Source: an uncultured Candidatus Poseidoniales archaeon | GTDB taxonomy: Archaea; Thermoplasmatota; Poseidoniia; Poseidoniales; Thalassarchaeaceae | NCBI GenBank assembly: GCA_964645485.1 | Contig: CAZXZO010000034.1 | Location: 1-16,603, forward strand | DNA length: 16,603 nt | Direction: 5' to 3' | Shown: positions 8,351-14,364 of the stretch, in pieces | Layout of the letters: every line of letters starts with the position of its first letter | Numbering within the stretch: the first letter of the stretch is position 1 | The notes under the pieces: model-generated | What the model was told of the DNA's origin: nothing | The model's database searches: none | Seen by the model: the letters and a program-made list of their open reading frames with translations, nothing else | Translations under genes and position numbers: made by a program

Positions 8351-9003
8351 GTGATGAAATAGAACTCACAACTTTGCTTGAAGCGACATTATTTGGTGCT
8401 GGCAGGTCAATACCTCAAGCAGAATTAGCCGAACAGTTCAAAATCACTGAATCAACTATTAGAATGGCACTTTTAGACTTACAAGAGTTGATCTCAAATA
8501 GGGAACAAACTGCTATTCAATTGACTGAAATAAATCGCTATTGGGTACTAGAAGTGAAACCTCATCTGGCTAATCATATTCCGCAGATTGCAAGGACAGA
8601 AATTCCGAAAAGATTGCTAAAAACTGCAGCACTGATAGCCTATCATCAACCAATGGCTCAGAATAAATTGGTAGAAATGGTTGGTCAAGTGACCTACGAG
8701 CATGTCTCTGATTTGAGGGAATTGGGCCTAATTGACAAACGTCGAGACGGAAATACACGTCGATTGAGCACCACCAGGAGATTTTCAGAGTACTTTGGTT
8801 GCCCCCACACATCTACAACAGAAGTTGCGCAGTGGTTCAAAGAACAGGCTGCTGGCTTAGGCTTGACGGGTTCACAACTTGCTGATGCTCTTTCAGGTGA
8901 AGAAGCAGGTGATGAAGAGGGAGAATCCACCACCTCAGGCACGGAAATGTCAATTGAAGTGCTTGAGAATGGCTCTTTGTCAGAAAATTCCGAAGAAGAA
9001 TGA
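8347..9003 (+). CDS. scpB: Kite subunit ScpB (segregation and condensation protein B)
   Basis: 218 aa, ATGA overlap with scpA. LLEATLFGAG, LKTAALIAYHQP, HVSDLRELGLI and STTRRFSEYFG are characteristic tandem winged-helix ScpB motifs. Confidence 0.95.
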   Translation: MSDEIELTTLLEATLFGAGRSIPQAELAEQFKITESTIRMALLDLQELISNREQTAIQLTEINRYWVLEVKPHLANHIPQIARTEIPKRLLKTAALIAYHQPMAQNKLVEMVGQVTYEHVSDLRELGLIDKRRDGNTRRLSTTRRFSEYFGCPHTSTTEVAQWFKEQAAGLGLTGSQLADALSGEEAGDEEGESTTSGTEMSIEVLENGSLSENSEEE

Positions 9004-9091
9004 TTTTCTTGTTCGGAGTTAGAACTTTTGTAAGATTCCTGCCCTGTTATTTGATATTCAATAGGGTGTATTCAAGTAGTATGGGTTGGGC

Positions 9092-9097
9092 GAGGTG
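9092..9097 (+). promoter_or_regulatory. Shine-Dalgarno site of the cold-shock gene
   Basis: GAGGTG ends 5 nt before the ATG at 9103 and matches the archaeal anti-SD complement. Confidence 0.6.
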
Positions 9098-9102
9098 GAA
9101 TT

Positions 9103-9294
9103 ATGGCCGAGGGTCAAGTAAAGTGGTTTAATCAGAGCAAAGGATTCGGATTTATCGAGCGAGATGAGGGTGATGACCTCTTCGTTCATATTTCCCAAGT
9201 AGAAGGTCGCATCGAAGATGGCGACAATGTGGAATTTGAGATTGGAGAGGGTCCAAAGGGACCTAATGCAATCAATGTCCGCAAAGTCGACTGA
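9103..9294 (+). CDS. cspA: Cold-shock domain protein (CspA family RNA chaperone)
   Basis: 63 aa. GQVKWFN, RNP1 KGFGFI, RNP2 LFVHIS, VEFEI and GPKGPNA.NV. Confidence 0.97.
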   Translation: MAEGQVKWFNQSKGFGFIERDEGDDLFVHISQVEGRIEDGDNVEFEIGEGPKGPNAINVRKVD

Positions 9295-9307
9295 ATAGAA
9301 TTCTCAT

Positions 9308-9331
9308 AATATTGTGCTTTAGCACAAAATT
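9308..9331. terminator. Stem-loop between convergent csp and hmgA, probably a bidirectional terminator
   Basis: AATATTGTGCT-TT-AGCACAAAATT: perfect 7-bp inverted repeat TTGTGCT/AGCACAA (9312-9327), extending to 11 bp with one mismatch, in a 37-nt gap between two stop codons. Confidence 0.6.
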
Positions 9332-10627
9332 TCAGCTATTGCGGACATGTTCAAGGGCCGCTTCAATTGCAGCAGCAGTTATTCTGCCAGATGCACGAGC
9401 GATTTCAACAACTTTGTCGACTTCGTCATCATTAGCACCAGCCGTGACTGCCATATTTCTAGCGTGTAACTTCATGTGTCCCGCTTGGATACCAACTGTG
9501 GCTAGTGCTCTAAGGGCTCCTAAATTTTGAGCAATACCGGCCGCAGCAATCACTTTGGCTAATTCGTCAGCAGTTCTTGCCCCCATTATTGCAACATTTG
9601 CCTTCGCAGTAGGGTGTACTCTAACTGCTCCACCAACTAATCCAACTGCCATTGGTAATTCAATCGAACCTACGAGGTTTCCATCAGCATCCTTCTCCCA
9701 GTGAGTGAGGGAGCCATAAATTCGCTCATGTGAAGCGTAGGAATGGGCTCCTGACTCGATTGCACGCCAATCCTGGCCGCATGCAACAGCAATAGCAGAA
9801 ATAGCGTTCATGATGCCTTTATTGTGGGTTGTAGCCCTAAATGGGTCAGCAGCAGCAAAATGGTAGGCCTGTAGTATACCATCAATGACTTTTCCCCCTT
9901 GTTCAGCAGTTTCTCCCGAATTTGCCATTTCTGATGGAGTAAATGTAGCACTTACCCTTGCTAATCGATGAACTGCTAGGTTCGAAATAATCCTCAAAAT
10001 CACTGTTCCGCCGGTTATTCTCTCAACAGTTGGGGCGATAGTTTCCGCCATGGTATTGACTGCATTTGCCCCCATTGCATCGCGGCAATCGACTAAGATA
10101 TGAATGATAACCATTGGTCCTGAATCGGTATCAATTACCCTTGCTTCAAGGCCTTTACAACCGCCTCCAAATTTGACTAAAATAGGGTCAACTTCGTTGC
10201 ATGCTGAGACTAATTCATCAGTAGCAGAAAGGACGGCTTCTTTGGCTGCAAATGGGTCATCACACCCGACCACTTGAATCTGGCCTATCATGATGGGTTC
10301 GGTGTTATCAGAGACGAAACCGCCACTGGCATGGCAGCGTTTTGCCATGTTGCTTGCAGCGGCTACAACAGATGGTTCTTCTAAGGCAAATGGTACTAGA
10401 TAATGCTCGCCATCAACGATGAAATTTGTTGCTACTCCAACCGGCAAGGCAAGGGTCCCAACTACGTTCTCGATAATACGATCTGCAGCAGCCTCAGAAA
10501 GCTCTCCTGTAGCAGCCAAAGCATCTACTGCTTCTTGGTCCAATCCTGCTAATTCAGCAATCATTTCTCGGCGCTCTTTTACACTTAATTTGTAGAATCC
10601 TTTCAGGCGGCTATTATCAACAGGCAT
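9332..10627 (-). CDS. hmgA: Hydroxymethylglutaryl-CoA reductase, class II (bacterial/MvaA type)
   Basis: 431 aa. SRLKGFYKLSV N-terminus, dimerisation motif ENVVG, EEPSVVAAAS, DAMGAN, HNKGIMN and GIQAGHMKLHARN (catalytic His), which are class II signatures. Confidence 0.97.
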   Translation of the reverse strand: MPVDNSRLKGFYKLSVKERREMIAELAGLDQEAVDALAATGELSEAAADRIIENVVGTLALPVGVATNFIVDGEHYLVPFALEEPSVVAAASNMAKRCHASGGFVSDNTEPIMIGQIQVVGCDDPFAAKEAVLSATDELVSACNEVDPILVKFGGGCKGLEARVIDTDSGPMVIIHILVDCRDAMGANAVNTMAETIAPTVERITGGTVILRIISNLAVHRLARVSATFTPSEMANSGETAEQGGKVIDGILQAYHFAAADPFRATTHNKGIMNAISAIAVACGQDWRAIESGAHSYASHERIYGSLTHWEKDADGNLVGSIELPMAVGLVGGAVRVHPTAKANVAIMGARTADELAKVIAAAGIAQNLGALRALATVGIQAGHMKLHARNMAVTAGANDDEVDKVVEIARASGRITAAAIEAALEHVRNS

Positions 10628-10765
10628 TGACTTCCCTCAACCTTGATGCCCGAGTCGGACTCCCTAAAGCATTGCGAGGATTTCCAAAACATTTGGATTA
10701 CTAGTTGAGGTGTGGTTCACGATATGATTCTCTATTGCGGATAGCAATGATTCCTACTACATCCA

Positions 10766-10838
10766 ATGCGTTAACGAAGCGTTAATTTATTGTGAATAAC
10801 GGGTTAACGCTTATTCTGATGCGTTATTAACGCGTTAA
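10766..10838. repeat. Phased direct and inverted repeat array built on GCGTTA/TAACGC
   Basis: Two 20-mers, ATGCGTTAACGAAGCGTTAA (10766-10785) and ATGCGTTATTAACGCGTTAA (10819-10838), are 16/20 identical and 53 bp apart. Each holds two GCGTTA copies 11 bp apart. Inverted copies TAACGC occur at 10805 and 10828. Confidence 0.85.
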
Positions 10839-10839
10839 A

Positions 10840-10883
10840 CCGGCAAAACAATTCCATTTTCAAGGGTCATTTTCCCGGCAAAA
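10840..10883 (+). repeat. Second short direct-repeat set (CCGGCAAAA x2, CATTTTC x2)
   Basis: CCGGCAAAA at 10840-10848 and 10875-10883. CATTTTC at 10855-10861 and 10868-10874. Confidence 0.6.
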
Positions 10884-10949
10884 GGCAACTCCGTGACTTG
10901 TTCAACGCTTCTGAACGCATCATTTTTACAACTTAAAATGCGTAAATAT

Positions 10950-10955
10950 GTTAAG
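10950..10955 (+). promoter_or_regulatory. Possible TATA-like box for the AAA-wHTH gene
   Basis: GTTAAG in AAATATGTTAAG lies about 24-29 nt upstream of the ATG at 10979, which supports that ATG over the GTG at 10955. Confidence 0.3.
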
Positions 10956-10978
10956 TGGACTTCAAGTTCGCTCCTATC

Positions 10979-12937
10979 ATGCAATCAACAGCGCTAGAGA
11001 TGTTGAATCTCCCTGCCATTAGGTCAAATCCTTTTGACACTAGACCCCTAAGTCGAGAACAGTTGGAGTTGATGGTTGGTAGAGATGAAGTGTTCACCGC
11101 TTTAGCCAACAATATCCGGTTAGTCTCACCACGGGTTGTGGCAGTGGTAGGAGAGAAAGGTTCTGGGCGCTCATCATTAGTTCAATCAGTTGCTTCAACT
11201 GCAGACCAAATCCACACCGTATTTTGGCCTTCAGGAGACCATGTTACCACCATTCTGCATCAGATATATTGCGACTTGATGAAGGACTTCGAAACCCCGC
11301 CTGTACATAGTGTGATGATTGACCGATTGGAGGAAGAATTAGCAGGCCGAACTGGGCTTCTTCCTGTCATCATTTTTGACCATTCATTATTGCCTGGTCC
11401 GGTGCTTGCAGAAGTGCTATCTCAACTGATGCCGGTATTGACTAAAATCCGTGCTTTAACCATCATTACTCTCACTCCTGGCCAGAAATCAGGCTTCCCA
11501 GAAGAACTACTTTCAGAGATGGATATTACCCCTTCTCTAGAATCTCTTACAAGAGCCGAAATGGCCTCCCTCATTGGTAAGCGGGTGCATAAGGCGAGCC
11601 GCTCATCTTGGACCGCTCCTGACGCCCTTCTTGATATGGTGATGAAAGAAAGCAGTGGACATGTTGGCAGGGCAATGAGATATCTCCGAGATGTTGTAGA
11701 TCAATCACGCGGAATGCCACTAGTTAATGGGCGTAAATTGGATTTGAAGGTTGATATCACATCAAAACCACCGACTGTAGTGGAAGATTCTACTTTTCAG
11801 CGAGTTGCTGAAGCCGCCCCTCCAATTACAGAAGTAGAAGTCAAAGTTTCAGAATCTTCTGAATTTGATTCTCAATCAGAGGAAATCCCATTTTCTGTTG
11901 TAGATGAAGAGACCTCAACAATGGCAGAACCATCAACTGAAGAGCAAATTGAAGCCCCCACAAAAGCGCCAGAATTAGATGAAAGTCAGACTTTATTCCC
12001 TTCATTATCAGATGCTGCAGACATGTGGAAGAATTCTGGCGAAGATAATGGGCCACAATTAGATTCAACCGAAGAAACAGATGTTGAAGAACAAACAATC
12101 GAATCGGAATCAGAATCTGGTGAACCTCCGCTAGAGCCTGAGGAAAATCAGCAGTGGAAGAATGAATTTAGCGATGAAATGGGTGGTGCTGAGATATTGG
12201 AGATGGCTGAAGGCACCGCACCATCATTTGGAGGAGGGCGATTTGGCGGCCTACGGTCCCGAAATAGAGCAGCAAAAATTGACACACGTGCTGAAAATAG
12301 GGGCGCACCTAGGAAAACCCAAGGCCCCAGAGAAGCAAAGCCAAACGAGGAGGAATCCGACCCTAACAGAGGTCGCAGAATCAATACTAATGACCAAAAC
12401 ACAGAACTTTGGATTCAAGATGGTACCGACTCACCGATTAAAAATGCGCCAAAAGTCAAGCCACAACAGATGCAACCGAGTATAGATAGTACTCCAAACC
12501 AAGAACCAAAACCCCAGTCCCCGGCACAGTTTGAAGAGACAATCGAGTGGGAAGAAGAACCTCAATTCGAGGATGAAGAATTGACCGGTGAACAACCCCA
12601 AGCAACACCAGAAGAAGTACTCAGTGCACTCAGTTCTATTCGCAGAGTTGCGCCTCCCCGTAAACCAGATATTGTGTTAGATATCAATGCATTAACTAAT
12701 CTCAATGATGCTGAAACGTTGATTTTGACTCAAGCAGTAGAACGTGAAGTATCTCCTTCGGACAATCTACTTCAGGATGAATTAGGAGTTGGGCGTCCTC
12801 GGCTTTCACAAATCTTCAATGGATTACTGAAATCGGGTATTCTCACAGTTCGAAAACAGGGGCGTAGTCGCATGTTTAGGATAAGTGCACCAGCCAAAGA
12901 CCACCTAGTCAATCTAGGTGCTGGAGGCGAATTCTGA
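10979..12937 (+). CDS. Uncharacterised protein: N-terminal AAA-type P-loop domain with degenerate Walker motifs, long acidic low-complexity linker, C-terminal winged helix-turn-helix
   Basis: The ORF track gives 10955-12937 (GTG); the ATG at 10979 is preferred. NPF...MVGRDE, Walker A-like GEKGSGRSS (11150-11176) and Walker B-like VIIFDH (D at 11378). About 310 aa of E/S/P/Q-rich linker, then LNDAETLIL..LQDELGVGRPRLSQIFNGLLKSGILTVRKQGRSRMFRI, a MarR/ArsR-like wHTH. Confidence 0.8.
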   Translation: MQSTALEMLNLPAIRSNPFDTRPLSREQLELMVGRDEVFTALANNIRLVSPRVVAVVGEKGSGRSSLVQSVASTADQIHTVFWPSGDHVTTILHQIYCDLMKDFETPPVHSVMIDRLEEELAGRTGLLPVIIFDHSLLPGPVLAEVLSQLMPVLTKIRALTIITLTPGQKSGFPEELLSEMDITPSLESLTRAEMASLIGKRVHKASRSSWTAPDALLDMVMKESSGHVGRAMRYLRDVVDQSRGMPLVNGRKLDLKVDITSKPPTVVEDSTFQRVAEAAPPITEVEVKVSESSEFDSQSEEIPFSVVDEETSTMAEPSTEEQIEAPTKAPELDESQTLFPSLSDAADMWKNSGEDNGPQLDSTEETDVEEQTIESESESGEPPLEPEENQQWKNEFSDEMGGAEILEMAEGTAPSFGGGRFGGLRSRNRAAKIDTRAENRGAPRKTQGPREAKPNEEESDPNRGRRINTNDQNTELWIQDGTDSPIKNAPKVKPQQMQPSIDSTPNQEPKPQSPAQFEETIEWEEEPQFEDEELTGEQPQATPEEVLSALSSIRRVAPPRKPDIVLDINALTNLNDAETLILTQAVEREVSPSDNLLQDELGVGRPRLSQIFNGLLKSGILTVRKQGRSRMFRISAPAKDHLVNLGAGGEF

Positions 12938-13962
12938 TGGCTGGTGATTGGCGCGTTTCTTGGAGTCACCAACTTGAAGGAAAAGTTGGCACTATCGAAA
13001 CTCTAAACGATGGAGTAGTTATTGCAACTGGCGGAATTGTAAGATTACTCAACGATTTAGGGGATTTCATTTGGAAGCGTACTTTTCAATTTGATGTCTA
13101 CAGATTAGTATCTGATGGAACCAGTGTCGCAGTTCTTTCAGGTCCCGGATTTCATCTATTAGATATCAGAACGGGAAACCCGCTTGGTGAAGGCCGTTCG
13201 GTTGGAGGCGGTTTCCGAGATTGTTTGCCAAGACCAGGTGGAGGTTGGTTGTTAGCTGACCGAGGCGACCATATTCACATGTTCAATCGAGATGGCAGAG
13301 GAATTAGCCGACTTCGACCGGGTCGAATCAGGAAATTAATCGGCTGGCTTGATAGAGAACATCTAATCGCCATAAATGACGATGGGCATCTCATTTGTTT
13401 ACGCCTATTTGGTGAAAACTCTCAGAGAATTATTGAGGATAGGCGTTGGTCTTGGGCTAGTCGCTTAACAAATGGGAAATTACTAGTCCAGTCAGTGGAT
13501 GGTGCTATCCACGAGGGAGTTCCAAATCCATTTGGTTGGGATTCACTTGAACAGTTGATAGATACAGGGGTGGATCCACTTGAAGCAGCAATGACTGGTG
13601 ATGGCTGGTGGATGCTTACTATGAATGGTGTTCTTGACAGAATACCGCCTACTGAAGGTGAATCGTGGCCCGCAGGAGTTCATATTTCATCCAACAACTC
13701 TGATATCATTACAACAGCAACAAGAGATGGATTAATTCGTTGGTGGGAATCACCAAAACTAATCTCAAAACGTGATTTATTTCTCAGAAAATTGGTTACC
13801 GAAGAGCGTCAAAGAGTTGATTGGGAGCAGCGCCAAGTTATCTTTGAAGCAGCAAGAGATGCCGAAGAAAATGGTCTGTTAACCCGAGCGATTGAGTTGT
13901 ACAATACTCTAGGTAGGCATGAGGACGTGCGACGCATCTTAGCCATCAAGGAGGCCGGTTGA
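12937..13962 (+). CDS. Beta-propeller (PQQ/WD40-like) protein with a C-terminal helical, TPR-like segment
   Basis: 341 aa, TGATG overlap with the upstream gene. Recurrent short strands with Trp/Gly (SWSHQLEG, GDFIWKRTF, LLDIRTGNPL) and a WD-like repeat IITTATRDGLIRWWES (13705-13752). Helical end FEAARDAEENGLLTRAIELYNTLGRHEDVRRI. Confidence 0.7.
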   Translation: MAGDWRVSWSHQLEGKVGTIETLNDGVVIATGGIVRLLNDLGDFIWKRTFQFDVYRLVSDGTSVAVLSGPGFHLLDIRTGNPLGEGRSVGGGFRDCLPRPGGGWLLADRGDHIHMFNRDGRGISRLRPGRIRKLIGWLDREHLIAINDDGHLICLRLFGENSQRIIEDRRWSWASRLTNGKLLVQSVDGAIHEGVPNPFGWDSLEQLIDTGVDPLEAAMTGDGWWMLTMNGVLDRIPPTEGESWPAGVHISSNNSDIITTATRDGLIRWWESPKLISKRDLFLRKLVTEERQRVDWEQRQVIFEAARDAEENGLLTRAIELYNTLGRHEDVRRILAIKEAG

Positions 13963-14255
13963 TGAACTCACAAGTAACTCAAGAATTAGTTGAGAAATAC
14001 CTTGATTTGACTTCACGAGCCAAAGCAAAGGCGACGCCGATACATGGTGAAGACACTGCTGAGGCTAAACAATTGAGTGATATGATGGGGATGTGCGATG
14101 ATTACGCATCAGACGCGCGTCATTTCATGGGAGTTGGTGATTTAGTGCGGGCGTTCGGGGCGATAAATTATGCTCACGCTTGGCTTGATGCTGCTGTTCG
14201 AATTGGATTATTAGATGGGCATGGGGATGACCAATTGTTCACCCTTCCCAAGTGA
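13962..14255 (+). CDS. DUF357 family protein (conserved small archaeal helical protein)
   Basis: YASDARHFMGVGDLVRAFGAINYAHAWLDAAVRIG matches the DUF357 pattern YxxDAxxFxxxGDxxxAxxxxxYAHxWLDA. ATG at 13962 overlaps the upstream TGA, with GGAGG at 13950-13954. Confidence 0.88.
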   Translation: MNSQVTQELVEKYLDLTSRAKAKATPIHGEDTAEAKQLSDMMGMCDDYASDARHFMGVGDLVRAFGAINYAHAWLDAAVRIGLLDGHGDDQLFTLPK

Positions 14256-14283
14256 GGTTAGTGTCAGCAAACTGAGAATGTTG

Positions 14284-14308
14284 ATTTTGGTTAGGTAATG
14301 ACCAAAAT
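14284..14308. repeat. Inverted repeat between DUF357 and cdc6 (terminator or protein-binding site)
   Basis: ATTTTGGT-N9-ACCAAAAT, a perfect 8-bp inverted repeat. Confidence 0.55.
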
Positions 14309-14364
14309 TGCTAAGAACGTTGGAAGTTGGAAGCAAACGGTTCACTAACCGGGTTGTAGGTTGA

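Noticed and set aside
3915-8942. Numerous alternate-frame and antisense ORFs inside smc, scpA and scpB (including the Ser-rich 6821-7339)
   Set aside because: Explained by the biased codon usage of Glu/Asp/Ala-rich coding strands; for example, GAA/GAT repeats read as Ser/Phe/Ile antisense.
10683-10753. Small palindromes TCCAAA-ACA-TTTGGA (10683-10697) and ATTGC-GGATA-GCAAT (10734-10748), and ATGATTC x2
   Set aside because: Stems of 5-6 bp are expected by chance. The TCC...GGA spacing does not match the canonical ORB dyad, so it is not called an ORB.
10766-10838. Possibility that the repeat array is a degenerate CRISPR or a microsatellite
   Set aside because: Units are too short, there are no unique 30-40 nt spacers between constant repeats, no cas genes lie in the window, and it is not a simple tandem repeat.
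10955-10978. GTG start for the AAA-wHTH ORF from the ORF track
   Set aside because: The GTG sits on a TATA-like element. The ATG at 10979 fits archaeal promoter spacing better, although the true start is unproven.
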